A stretch of DNA of 64,000 nt from Phoronis australis (Eukaryota; Animalia; Phoronida): contig NMRA01000030.1 in NCBI GenBank assembly GCA_002633005.1, forward strand, positions 779,491-843,490. Direction: 5' to 3'. Below are positions 50,726-63,828 of this stretch, in pieces. Made by a program: the position numbers and the translations under genes. How positions within the stretch are numbered: position 1 is the stretch's first letter; each line of letters begins with the position of its first letter. The notes below the pieces were generated by a model. That model had not been told where the DNA came from and did not search any database. It worked only from the letters and a program-made list of their open reading frames with translations.

Positions 50726-51641
50726 TAGTCACATGCTAGGGGAATCTTTATTTAGAAATACAAGTACATGATTCAAATCATTGTTATTGTACAACCTTTG
50801 CCCTGACGGTTTGTGGAAGGGGAACCCGACTTCGCGGCCCCCGAGAAGTAAGTAGATTTTCAGTTTCATGGCGTAATTCACATAAATGATTACGTGCACA
50901 TTATTTCTTTGGCTCACTAATAGTTTTTTCATGACTGGAGGCTTAGTTTCCAACTCAAGCTGGTTTATGTTCGTGCCAGTCCTGGCGGTTGCGACGGGCC
51001 TCATCGGGTTCTAAGCCACTGGCCAGGATAACAAGCGTTTTTTGTGTTTAGAACTAAAAAAATCACAAGTCTAAATAAGTAAACGCAGATCTAGATTTAC
51101 CCGTCTGTATTTCACGGAAGAATAACTTCGAATTTATCTCCGAACAGACCCCAAACTCCTGCTATGGACCTTGGTAAATTGGCTTTCCGAACTTTGTAGG
51201 TTATGGTGTTCCAAATACCAATAAATCCGCAACAGCGAATGAAAACAACACATTTTTATAAGAACTCGGTATATTTTTAAGGGTTTTACATCGAAGTTTG
51301 ATGATTTATTGATGTTAAACAATGAATTCAAGTGATAAGCTGACACCAGTAACCGTGTTGTGAACTGCTGAACAGACTACGTGTGAAACCAATGATGTCA
51401 TTGGATAATTTCAACACCTCCGTCTGCCGTCGGGTGTCAGGTAACGCAATCGAACGTGCCGTTATCGAGATCTAAATTGATACAAAATAGGTTTGTTTTT
51501 TGGGTGGCATTCTCCTTTAACCTGGTATCTGTATACTTCTAAGACTTTTTACCTGATATGAGTCTTAGCTAAAAATCTAGAACATTTATGACAGTGCAAA
51601 ATGCAAAATAAGTTCAGAAGTTGTTGCAATAATACTTATTA

Positions 51642-53351
51642 TGGTATTTTCTCTAACATTTCGTACACTCCGGTGGTTTGTACACATATTTGCGCCAGAA
51701 AAAAATAATTTATACATGCTTTTTGATAGGTAAAATGGCAATTCGTATTCCTATAAGAGAACACAAATCATTAAGCACCAATTCAGGTAATCTGAATCTG
51801 TGGTTTGTTATACTACGCTAGTATAGAGCTCAAAAAGTTGTTTTTCAGATTGCAATTTTTGGCTACAGCAAATGTGGAAATGGTGATAAGATTTTCCTGT
51901 GTGTCGCCAGATGGCTGTAAAAATGTCATAACAGCGGATTTTCCGAAAGAAGTTGCCCTCAGATTTTAGCCCTTCACGAATAAATTTACAAAATTGCGAA
52001 GTAATAGTACCATGCCTTACTGCAGTCTTGTTAGAGCTGATTCCGGTGACTGTAGTGCGCAGACGACCTGAGTGACCATGCAGCGCCCCCCTTGGGCTGC
52101 AGCTATTCTCATTTGGCAACTGTGCAGAAGTGCGCGCATGCAAGCTTCACTTGTTGCAGATCATAGATTAAATTTCTTCAGACCTGTGACATGAGTAGAG
52201 GTGTGCACACATTTAATCTGTCACGTTCTGTGTCAGAGGGCAATTAATTAGTTGTTTGACAAAATAAATGTTTGAAAAACTAATTTTGTGTTTGAGATGT
52301 TTATGTTTGTGACTTTGTGAATTGTCAGTGTGCGGTGTATTATCTCGAACACCAGGTGGCGCTCATTTGTTGTGTGAAACATGCTTCACAATGAAGATAA
52401 CAATCGTATGTAAGCAGAAATGAGCCTGTCATCAGTCAATGGTTACTGCAAGGGCATTACTCAAGAAGTACTTGCTTAATATTTTATTAAAAAAAAATAC
52501 TAATGACTTTGACTGGGGATGAGTCTAGTGAGTCTGTACAGTGGGAGTCCCAGGAAAAAAATAGTTCATACAGCAGGGAAAAAATTTGTGACCTGAAATT
52601 TGGAAATGCAAGCCAAGACTTTGGTCATCTCGTATCAAGTTGCAACATGCGATCTGGAATTTCTCACGTACGCGAGGCCAGTTTTTGGCTCATGCGAATC
52701 CAGCCGTTATTTGGTTGGAGAGACAGCAGATTAACCTAGTGAGGCACACTGTCCCTTTGGTAGCCACACATCATCGATAACCCAGCAATTACATTTCGAC
52801 AAAACTAGAAAGTCAGGTGAATTTCATCAAAATAGGGAGAATTTGACACCTTTCCGTGAGGTATGGGTATTCTTCAACATCCACGAGCTTCCCACCTAAA
52901 TTGAATTGGGAGGACTGGCAAAACCACTGTCACATTTCTCTGACCTGATTTTTTTCAAATACATGTTTTATCTAGTGCACTGCAGTCGGAAACTCAGTGC
53001 GGCAGACTGCATCGCTGAAGGCGCTTAACTGAGCAGGTGTGGTTCTTGAAGTTTGCGAACATGAGCAGAAAGTAATGTGACAGAGCGTCCAGATATTAGA
53101 TTTTGAAGTAAATCCATCAGCCGGTAAAATAAGTTGTTACTTGTAATATAATTCACATTGCCAAACCACCGTCTCGGAGACCATGGTTGCACTCATTGTT
53201 ATCATCGATCTTAATCTCTAAAAATTCAAACACTTGACTTTCATCTCTTAATAGTTCGCACGGCTAGTTTTGTCTCTATTAATTATGACACGAAGCTCTC
53301 AGTGGAAAAATAGTTGGTACATTAATGTACAAGCTGTAAGAGACAACACCC
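51642..53351 (-). mobile_element. Older TA-flanked element, family B: family A internal body with different termini
   Basis: Degenerate TIR TA|TGGTATTTTCTCTAACATTTCGTACA versus TGTACAAGCTGTAAGAGACAACACCC|TA. Internal 51890-52390 and 52740-53210 are homologous to 16070-16580 and 17600-18050. Confidence 0.7.
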
Positions 53352-54455
53352 TATACTCTCATGTTTAACTGGTGATGCCACCTGGTGAGCACATAGTGAA
53401 TTGAGCTGTGTGATAAAGTCAAGTGATTTCGAAAAATCTACTGACAAATTTCAATATCTTTGTTCAAATAAAAACAGAATTTATCAAAGAATGTGATGTT
53501 CTGCACAGAAAATGAATATTTAGTTCTAGATTTCACCTAGCTCTGCCCCACTTCGTTCATAGTTTGGCAACTCAAAAGTCATGGTGAACAAAATGTTTTG
53601 TTCAATAGTAACCTGGCATTGGAATTGTTTGTACCCCTGATTTTGGTTGACAAAGTAAATTTAATTGTGATAAAAACTGAACTAGTTTGAGAGTGAATTA
53701 CCTGTCTAATCCTACTTAATTATTATTTGATAATAATCACAATACCTGTAGGTGTGAATTATTTCTTCCTTAGGTTTGTAAGATGGCTTGCAGAGACCCT
53801 GTGGTGTGGCGCAAATTAGTTCCTGGACCAGTCTGTGCAGCCATCAGTGTTGTGATTGCTAATTGACACCTACTGTGGACAGGCAGATACCTTTGCCAAA
53901 GTGCAGTGCTGATTGCAGTGGATCCACAGTGTAATTACTGCTGCAGATCTTCATGGGGATAACCAGATCAGTTTGTGGACACATGATACATCTCAACTGA
54001 GTACCTGCCAGTGCTCAAAAGGTGCTTTCGAACAATGTGATAACACTCTTGGATCAGGATTTGCCGATTGGTGACTTTTGCTCGGTGCCAGATGGATTAG
54101 TGACATTTCCAGCCTGAAGGTCACTTGACGGATCATGGCCAAGAGATCGGCTGCTAGCACGACCAAGATGCGTAGCCACAGTGACACAAAAGTAGTTCTT
54201 AACTCACCCAATGGCCTGCTGCATCATACCCCCGAAGAGAACCCAAACTTCATTGTATATCAAAAGGTTTGTAGCCATACTTTTTGAAACTTTAGATAGT
54301 TCCTTGCAAGTCATCTGAGTGTTCTTGTCGATTTGATTGTATTAGTGATATCCACGTAGACACATATTGCTGTCATCTCTACCTGGTCTGTGCCTGGTGC
54401 CCCTCTATCTTCAAAATCCCCAGGTGGATGCTCGTGACATTTTGAGACACTTTTC

Positions 54456-54809
54456 TATATTCTCATTCTAGTTGCTAGTTTAAGTTCAAGCTGTATTTCA
54501 TCCAGTTTAGTTGGCTAAAAATCCAAAATCAAATTATGCATTTTGCTCTCGTAAAATCAGTCTTATGCTATTCCTCACCATTTCCGTTAATAACTCAAGT
54601 CACAGGCAATGCGCACGTGCGTCAGTTTGGAATTCGTTATTTTAGTGGTGGCCAACTTCATAACAAAGTATGAAGCATTTTCTTGAGTCACTGATAGTTT
54701 CGATATAGAATCAATTTATGAGACCTAATTCAGTTTTTATTTTTTTGCCAACTAAACAGGGAGAAATGTTGCCAAAGTATTGCTCTCTCTAGTTGGAATG
54801 CTAAAATAA
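54456..54809. mobile_element. Palindromic MITE-like element, possibly Crypton-related
   Basis: ATTTCATCCAGTTTAGTTGGCTAAAAA (~54504) and TTTTTTGCCAACTAAACAGGGAGAAAT (~54741) are imperfect inverted repeats; outer CATTC..CTAG / CTAGTTGGAATG. Family call is tentative. Confidence 0.45.
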
Positions 54810-55040
54810 TGACAACCCCTGTGGTCCATAACAAGACTGCATAGTTCTTGTCATGTAAGCAGAACTATGTAAAAGGCTTATTTTTCACTCCTCAAGGCTA
54901 GAAACATTTGACAGTTAAACAACAATGAATGGGCATCTTAAGGAACTAACCATTCCCTGAGCAATTGTATGGCGGATGGAGTGTTTTGATACTGTTTTAT
55001 CTTCACAAGATACAAGATCTTGTGTTTAATGTGGGGATAA

Positions 55041-56409
55041 CCGTATTCGCTGTAATAACCGCCCATGCCCCTATAAGCGCCCCCCACGCGTTTTCAGACT
55101 TTGCTGAAATAAGCGCCCAGTCCATGAACATGTACATGCGAACAATGACGTACCTACAGTCCTAAAACTCGGCTACAGTAACGTCTTCAGTTTATCAAAA
55201 AAATTTTTGCACGGGTATTCTAGACTACCAGCTGCACTGCTACGTTTGTATTTAACCGTGACAAAGTAACACAGCGCTTCAAAAAGAACGCAACAGTGTT
55301 GCTATGCTCTCGTGACAACCGTGTCCCATGGTCTGACCTTTCATTAGACACATCGACTGTCTCATGAATAAAAATAACGCGGTGTTAAACGCACGTGGCC
55401 AGGAAGCGCCCGCTACATAACCTGTCATCAAAGACATTAGTTGGGAACTATCCATTCATGAAGCGGGTAGCATAGCATCGACAAGAAATGAATATTGGAA
55501 CTAATTTCCGACAATTTCTAATACTATAAACATGTTTGCGTTATTTTTGAGATGGATTGTTTGATTAACCATAATTGGTGTTATTAAGCCGAATATCCGA
55601 TAAAATGGCAACTGACAGTGAATGCTTACACACCCTTACACCGAAAAATAACTGTCAGATAGTTACGTACGCATCCAGCTACACGGCGACTAATATGGGC
55701 CTTGCCGAGACAAATGTCGAAAGTTTTTAGCACGAGACCGGCAAGTGCTGAATGAAACACGCTCTGTTTTAGGCCTACTGCTTGTGCAAATTTCTTTAGA
55801 CACATCTAGTTAGATTGCATGGCTCTGGCCGAAAGACGGTCTCTGCTTTGGCAAATGAACTCTGGTGACACGCACGTGCTCGCTTACTCGCAGACGAACT
55901 TCAAAACAAACGTCACGTGACAACAACATGTGTGTTCGTCCAGACATTTTTCTCGCCGTGTTGCCGATCATACATGTAGATGGCACGATGTTGCACAGAT
56001 TTGTACTTAAACCTTCCGCTAATCCAGACTCCATGGGAACTTAAAAAACCTTAGAGACGCTACTTATAAAATTTAATGAGGATTTCAGGTACTTTATCGA
56101 AACCATTATTGAAGCATTGAAGTCGCCATATCAAAAACGGCGATTTCGAAGCAGTCAGTTGGCGAGTTTTCGCCCTGGGATTTCAGCACAATTTTCTGTA
56201 AAATGATCGTAATTTAGCAGCAAAATTTGATAGCAATGTTGAAAGTCTTTCATAGATTACATATACGTCACAGAGCGTAAATTTGATGAATCTTAGCTTC
56301 CAATTTCACCCGTTTCGGAGACCGGGTTTCAACCGCCTTGGGTTATAATAAGCGCCCCCCTGAACCGAACTTTTCTAAGCGCCCTGGGCGGTTATTACGG
56401 CGAATACGG
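55041..56409 (+). mobile_element. Non-autonomous pogo/Tc1-mariner-type element, family C (1369 bp)
   Basis: TIR CCGTATTCGCTGTAATAACCGCCCA / TGGGCGGTTATTACGGCGAATACGG (24/25). Right flank is TA, left is AA. Subterminal ATAAGCGCCC motifs. Confidence 0.85.
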
Positions 56410-57465
56410 TAATAAACCACAGCTAGACACATTGTTTTACAGTGACAACAGGTGGAGTAGTATCTGCAGTTCATAAATTCATCTATCATTTCCCCCACAC
56501 ACAAACAACTCCTCATGGCTCCCATGTATACCTTCTTTTTTGAAAACCTTCAGATACACTGGTAGGAATGAAGAAGTGAACACTGTTAAATCTAGAGTTG
56601 TTTGTCATCATGTTCATGTTTTGTATGTTAATCCTAATTCTGAAGGGTGTGATTAGTATTTCAGTCCAATCTAGTGCATTTGAGCCAACAGTTGTTTGCC
56701 CAGAGCAGGTCAAACTCATTCTAGATAACCTTAATGTCTTGGCGCATGTTTGTTGTTCCTGTGTAAACTTTGAGAATGGAAGTTATTTGAAAGGTTTTAG
56801 TTTCTTGTTCTGAGAGTTTAAAAAATAGATTCATTTCCAGTTAAGCAGGTTTTGAAAATCCTTCAAACTGATGCACATTGCATGTGACGGGTCAGATATT
56901 TTGTCTCAGATTTTTCATAGATTGTGGAATTATAAACATGTGAGAAAGATTGGGACATGTTTTAAGAGCGCTTTCCTGGTCACAAGCTTGCAAATGCTTT
57001 TAAAACTTGAAACATCTTTTTACTGGACTGCATCTCATCAGCAATGCACTGACAACTGAGATAGCCTGACAGCTAACATTCATCAACTTTTCAGAGCATT
57101 GAGAGCACAAAACAGCCTCTACTTAATCCAATCTTAAATATTGCTGAATAAGACCAAAGTTAAATTCTGTCTTCAGATATTACTGTCAGCACTCTTGTGG
57201 CTCAATGCTATATCACCTACGGTAATGCTCTGTTCAGTTCGCACAAACTTAATAATATTATGCAGAACTATCATTTCCATATTTCAAACTCTGATTCTTT
57301 GTTAGAAATATTGGCAACTTTACCAACTGTTGTTTTATAGCATCTGCCGTACAGCAAAAACGACGAAAGTAATAGCCTAAATGTGTCTTAATCTTTATGT
57401 GAAGAAATTTAACCAAATGAAATTTCACTTTCAACTATATTGTGTGCTAAAGGAGTGAATCTTTT

Positions 57466-57688
57466 CAGTTATTGTTGTTTCTAACAGAGACAGTACTTCT
57501 CACGTAGCCATGAGTCTAAACTGCTGATATTCACTGTCAACTCTGTTATGCTCAATTTTATGTCACATAACAGTTATTTTCTAGCAGAGACAGTACTTCT
57601 CACATAGCCATGTGTCTAAACTGCTGATATTCACTGTCAACTCTGTTATGGCTCAATTTTACATCCTGTAATAGTTATTTCTAACAGA
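57466..57688. repeat. 100-bp tandem duplication (~2.2 copies)
   Basis: CTA(A/G)CAGA recurs at 57481, 57581 and 57681 with near-identical intervening sequence. Confidence 0.9.
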
Positions 57689-59155
57689 TAAACTGCTTGC
57701 CTAACCATGAATGTAGAGGACTGGCATTAATTTGAACTGTATCTGCAGTCTTGGTATGACAAGCTTCCACACTACTGCTGTTGAAATCCATAAATTCTTC
57801 AAGTAGATCTATTTGAAGTAGAATTCTTTGCCTGAAACACCTTGATTATTTCAGTGTGTGGATTGTCCTGCTATTTGCTGAATTAACCTAATCCTTGAAA
57901 TCAAACATCTGGCTATTTTGGGCAGGAGTGTTTGTAGTTCCAGATTGGTCATGGACGAAGATCCATGCATGTTAGTGCCTTTAGGGTCTTCCAACTTTGT
58001 CAACAAATATTGGTTTTTACATGTGACTGCATGCTTAGTTATTTTGTGTGACTAATATTTAAACTTATTTATTGGATAAACAATACAACAGTACATAAGA
58101 ATATAGTAGAGTGCGAATCAGATACATGTGTTTGGTTAATATAACACTAGATATTAATGAGACCATGATGACATTAAATGCACAGATGCACAGTGAGAAA
58201 ACTTTCGCTTACAAGTAGACACAGAATGATGCACATGGTTCATTTAAAGACACACAAATGTATGCTAATCAGTTGTGGGTTACCACTAACTAAAACGTGA
58301 AATTGTGAGTTTTGGCAAGGGCAAGATTAGAATCAAATAGTATTACCTGTTGAACACCATGAGGAATGATATCTTTACAGGTGATGCTCAGTAAGTATGA
58401 GTAAACATTTGAATGTTATTAGTATCAGGTTTCCAAGGAGTTGTAACAAGTCTGCAGTAGCAGGAACTTGAGTGGGACATTGGAAAAAGTAATGAGCATA
58501 TTATTAAATTTGTTGATTCAGAGGGACAGTGGGGGGGGGAGTGTTGTGGAAGTTGTGTTGAACTGTGCCAGTGCTCCTAATTAAGAGTTGAGATGAAGTC
58601 AAATTACATTGTGTGTTATTTGTTGTGCTCCTCGGCTTCATGTTATTTTCATCATTTGCAGAGTCTCATTCTGTGCCAGCTTGATCTAAACAAAACTGCA
58701 ACATGCATTAAGCATTTGCATTCAATTTCCATCTTGTTGGTTGGATGAATTATACTAATCCCTTTTAGTAAAACTTTACATCTCTACAGTCCAGTGAGTG
58801 GGGTCACTGGTTTCGCATATTTTCAGCAAAGTGGATAATTTGCCTGCTCTCCAACTGAGTCCTGTTCAGACACAACATACATTAAAGGTGGAGCCCGTGA
58901 ACTTGTTAACCATAAATGAGTTAATGAGGCAAATGTTGCTGGCTGATAACAGCATTTTATTTCACAACATCAGTCTGCTGTGGTATCAACCAATGTCAGG
59001 TCCATGTAGAGAGAGTATTCTTGCACATGGAATTTGTTTCATTTATGAGCACAGCTTTTATGTACATAGATAGGGAGGCAAAACTACATTCTGATAGACA
59101 GGGACACTTAAGATTTTACCATATCCATCCCAGATCCTGTCAGAACTGGGAAATT

Positions 59156-59672
59156 CAAATGTATGAGGTGCTACATCTCACTACCCAAATGTATGAGGTG
59201 CTCCATCTCACTACACCCAACTTTATGAGGTGCTACATCTCGCCACTCAACTGTATGAGGTGTTACATTTCACTACCCAAATGTATGAGGTGCTACATCT
59301 CACTACCCAACTGTATGAGGTGCTACATCTCACTACCCAAATGTATGAGGTGCTCCATCTATCTCACTATACCCAAATGTATGAGGTGGTGCATCTAACC
59401 ATTCAACTGTATGAGGTGTTACATCTCACTGCCCAGAGGTGCTACATCTCACTATTAACCCAGCTGTATGAGGTGCTACATCTCACTACCCAAATGTATG
59501 AGGTGCTACATCTCACTACCCAAATGTATGAGGTGCTACATCTCACTATCGAACTGTGCCACATCTCACTACCTAAATGTATATGGTGCTACATCTCACT
59601 ATTAACCCAGCTGTATGAGGTGCTACATCTCACTACCCAAATGTATGAGGTGCTCCATCTCACTGCCCAACT
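59156..59672. repeat. 30-bp minisatellite (CCCAAATGTATGAGGTGCTACATCTCACTA), ~17 copies
   Basis: Direct tandem repeats; explains ORFs 59021-59398 and 59230-59721. Confidence 0.97.
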
Positions 59673-59948
59673 GTCAACATCGAGTGCTCCCAGCTCCGCC
59701 TCGTTGCATAATGTTGACTAACAAACAAGAAGTTTTACCCAGCAACGTGTTGTTTGTCGGGTAAAATGGCGGCTTGGAAATGAAGGTGTGTTAAGGATGA
59801 TGAGTTCTAAATGGTCAGGTAAGCCGTCACTCAAAATCCTGGCGATAAGTCAATTGACATTTGAATAACCAGTAACTCCTAGTTCCTACTTCTTTTGTTT
59901 GAGAACTTGGGAACAGAGGTGGAGGCCTGTGACAGTACTGCCTGCAGT

Positions 59949-60443
59949 CAGGCCTTTATCCAGGATTTCGAAAATGGGGTGTCCAAAATGGGATTCCCAA
60001 TATTCCAGGGCGTCCATGATTTCGACGCGTAACCCCCCACCCCCAGCAATCCGCCCCAAACACACAGATTTTTTTACAAAAAAATGCATAGACCAAGGTT
60101 TTTACATCTAAGTTTGCAAAACAGCCTTCTGAAATGAGCATTTTTACAAAAAAACTGTGTAGACCAAGACTTTTACAATGCTATTAACCAAGTGTGAGCA
60201 TAGCAATATAGCAATATTGTATATACTACATTGTATATGTCTTCTTGCTTTGAAAAAAGAGCCACCACTGTGAGTCTTCATAGGCTTCCTTAAAGTAATC
60301 ATTACAATGTGTGTGTCCAAACTTGATTGGTTCGTATTGATAGTGGGCGTCCAAATCATATATTGGGCGTCCTTGCCAGGGTGTCAATATAAGTGCTAGG
60401 GCGTCCATTTGGATGCCCAGGACATACGCTGCATAAAGGCCTG
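59949..60443. mobile_element. 495-bp hAT-type MITE
   Basis: TIR CAGGCCTTTATCCAG / CTGCATAAAGGCCTG (14/15). 8-bp TSD CCTGCAGT / CCTGCTGT (one mismatch). Confidence 0.8.
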
Positions 60444-61109
60444 CCTGCTGTTAAAAATGACAGTCAATGCTATTATTGTTAACACTACAGTTGGAGCCAA
60501 AGAATCCAGCCTGTGAATAGGGGAGCGCCCAATGGTTAGGAGAGGGGGTCACTCAAGTAAATGAGACAGGATACTGATGCTTAAAATGTCATAACTTAAT
60601 ACCATTTTTTACATAACCCAAGTGGAAAATTTAGCCAAAACATAAGGGAGAGGAGTGCCTACGGTTTAGACTGAGTGTAAAACACTGTGTTTAAGCCCCA
60701 TCTTGTTCAAAATAGTGAAATTGTTATTAATTCAGGGATGGGTTTTTAGCATAACCTGAGCAGTGTGGAAATGTGCTCTAAGTTGCCCAATACTTTGATA
60801 GCCATATAAATACTTGAAGAAAATTGTTTTAATCGCATACTTTCGATGTCAGTCATTTATCATTGCCATGGTTGCACGTATTTATCTAAAATAATGTTGC
60901 TAATTCCAGTATCTATTCTTAATTCTTCTGAGCATTCAAACAAGTGTATGGGGTCATTTGTCTCTGCTAATATGAAAATTCAACCAATTTCAACAGTTCA
61001 TTATATCAATTCTTGTCATCATGTGCAATAAAAGCTCATTTGTACATACTTGTTTTGAGTTAATGAGGACAAGTAATTACATGAAGTAAGTAGAAACGAC
61101 AATGCTGGG

Positions 61110-61668
61110 CACGCCATGTCAGCTGTCTCTAGTCTACCTATGTCAGTGGAGTAAGCCATATCCTTGTCTTTATCTATATTGAGCAAGCCATTGTCTTTGT
61201 CTTTACCTATATTGAGCAAGCCATGTCCTTGTCTTTACCTATTTTGAGCAAGCCATGTTCTTGTCGCTGTCTATGTTGACCAAGCCATGTCCTTGTCTTT
61301 ACCTATTTTGACCAAGCCATGTTCTTGTCGCTGTCTATGTTGACTAAGCCATGTCCTTGTGTCTCTGTGTTGAGTAACCATGTCGTCTCTAACTATGTTA
61401 AGCAAGCCATGTCCATGTCTCTACCTGTGTTGAGCAAGCCTTGTCCTTGTCTCTACCTATGTTGGGCAAGCCATTGTCTTGTCCCTGTGTTGAGCAACCC
61501 ATGTCCTTTTCTCTACCTGTGTTGAGCAAGCCATTGTCTTGTCCCTGTGTTGCCCAAGCCATGTCCTTTTCTCTACCTATGTTGAGCAAAGCATTGTCTT
61601 GTCCCTGTGTTGACCAAGCCATGTCCTTTTCTCTACCTGTGTTGAGCAAGCCATTGTCTTGTCCCTAT
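61110..61668. repeat. ~29-31-bp minisatellite (TTGAGCAAGCCATGTCCTTGTCTCTACCTATG-like), ~18 copies, with a 60-bp dimer at the right end
   Basis: Tandem repeats; from ~61450 two variants alternate (GCCATTGTCTTGTCCCTGTGTTG and CCATGTCCTTTTCTCTACCT). Confidence 0.95.
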
Positions 61669-61818
61669 ACTTATGGCTACAAAAGTACTTGATGGATGTT
61701 GTGGTACTTAATGAGCAAATACTGATTCCAGTGTTGTGTTATCTGAGGTGGCCTTATTCTATTTACTCTGACCAATGGTCTAAATCACACACTATGCCTT
61801 CAGTGCCAGTCACTGTGA

Positions 61819-62460
61819 TATATATTTATTGAAGGATACACAGAACATACAAAGAAATAATAACAAACCCAGAAACCGCGAAGCATTATATCTGGGTTGT
61901 AAACAATTCATAAATGAAACTTATATACATAGAGATATATACAATTAAGTAGTATCTAAAATAAGTATTCCAATACTTAGACATGCTATTACAGATATAT
62001 AAAAACAAAAATATTTACAGATTCATGTAGGGAAATCAGATGCAACAATATTGATAAACGGTATATAAAAATTTGCTAACGTTGCTTAGGAGGAATTCGT
62101 TAAGAACAAAGTCAAGGTTAGGACTACCATTCAGTAATAATGTAACTCTAGTAGGGATATTATTACAAGAATTGAGAGCGTTAACAACTGATTGGTTATC
62201 ATTGAGTGCACGAAAGAGTGAGTCTCTCAGGGATTCGATGAGGGGACATTTGAAGAAAATATGAGGATAAGATTGATGGTCACCACATTTACAGTTTGGA
62301 GATACATTACTAAAGTTGTGCCTGAACTTGTCAGAGTTGAGGAAAAGGCCACATCTTGATCTGTACAATGCTATTTCGTTATCGCGGGTAAGGGAGAATT
62401 GAGTCAAGGGTGTTGAGTTATCAAAATTATGAAAAACAGTTCTAAAATTATTTTTTATAC
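61819..62460 (-). mobile_element. 3' fragment of a non-LTR retrotransposon (CCHC-bearing ORF2 C-terminus plus 3'UTR)
   Basis: ORF 62036-62407 reads RSRCG..LNSDKFRHN..SPNCKCG...SYPHIFFKCP..LLLNG, a C-x-C-x7-H-x4-C knuckle. The minus-strand 3'UTR has stem-loop AACCCAGA...TCTGGGTT and ends AATAAATATATA. Confidence 0.8.
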
Positions 62461-63321
62461 TCGTGCCAGTTGTACCAATGTCGTCTGCTTGGACGTGAAA
62501 TCAGGCTTTTTAGCATTTAGGTAATTAACCAGGTTAATTCAGAGGTCAACCCAGTCTAATGAGAACATGCAAGTTTCTAGAAATGAGGAATAAGTAATTA
62601 TACTTTAACACCTGCCTCATGAGATTACCATTTGCTCTGATTCCATATGCTTATCACTTTTTCAGAGTTAACGTCAAGTTGAACCTCCCAGGTGTTTGCT
62701 CTTGGTGTTTGCAAATGTATGGTTTATATTTCAGAAACGTTGATTTTTGTGTTGGAAAATGCGGAGTTGGATAAATACTGGTTTGTTTTGTTATAAAAGA
62801 CAGTACTGCATCTTATGTTTCCATGTGTATATGTTGATATTCCGTAATAACATTAGCGGGTGTGACATCACTTCCCCATGTTCATATTACAATGGGTCCA
62901 TTTGATGTTTTATTCCCCATGTTCATGTTGCCAGAATAACATTCTGTTTCGTAGTCAGAACACAGACGTCCACTTGTCTTGTAGAATGTCATAGTGTTTT
63001 TCCGGTTGGTGAACAGGTAGAGGCTTCCGCCAAAATAGGATAGAGCACAAGCGGTGTTTTACATAGTTTGTACCGTTCCATCTTCAAGCCAGCCGAGATC
63101 AATAGTTGGTTTCACAGCTATGACAACATTGAAAACATAGATTTCTTTAACACATGGCCACGAATCATGTAGTCATTTTTTCACCCCTAATTCAGAATAA
63201 AGTTCTTTATGTTGATGAAAATTCTCTCCAGCTCTTAAAAATAAAATGATCCACTGGTGCTTGATTGTACAATGGTGTGAAAGCTATATTTGACCACTTT
63301 CATTTCCCATTTTCTGACATA

Positions 63322-63828
63322 CAGTGTTTATCTCTGTTAATTCGTACATTCTATTAGTTCGTACAGGACCCTTGAAGCATGCCGTTTGTCTCCAATAGTT
63401 CGTATAGTAGGCGTCCTAGGGAAAAATAGTTCATACACATATTTGCGTCGGAACAAATAATTCGTACAAACTTTTTGGATGGGTAACATGGAAATTTTCA
63501 TTCTTATAAAAGAACACAAATCAATAAGTGCCAAATCTTTTCAGGTGATCGGAACCCGTTATTTGTTTTACTATGCTAGCATAGAGCTCGAAAAGCCATT
63601 TTTGGCGACAGAAAATGTAGAAATAGCGATAAGATTTTCTAGTGTGTCACCAAATGGCGGTAAAATTGTCATCATTACAGTGGATTTTCCCAACAAGGTT
63701 CTGTTACCCTCAGATTAGTACTACAAAAATAAATTTACAAAAGTGTGGAGTAACAGTACCGTGCCATCCCCTAGTCTTGTTAGAGCTGATTCCGGTGACT
63801 GTAGGGCGCAGACAACAAATGACTATAC
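63322..63828 (-). mobile_element. Terminal fragment of family B element (homologous to 51642-52070)
   Basis: TA|CAGTGTTTATCTCTGTTAATTCGTACA start with repeated TTCGTACA-like motifs. Collinear with 51680-52065 (ACACATATTTGCG, GAACACAAATCA, GTCTTGTTAGAGCTGATTCCGGTGACTGTAG). Confidence 0.75.

Larger units (their letters stand above)
48320..51516 (+). mobile_element. Non-autonomous Kolobok element (3.2 kb including nested Helitron)
   Basis: TTAA|AGGAGAATACCACCCA ... TGGGTGGCATTCTCCT|TTAA: 16-bp TIR with one mismatch, TTAA duplication and RR..YY termini. THAP remnant lies just inside the left end. Confidence 0.9.

Noticed and set aside
59021-59721. 163-aa repeat ORF (TTQMYEVLHL)n
   Set aside because: Translation of a 30-bp minisatellite with frame-breaking indels; no evidence of coding constraint.
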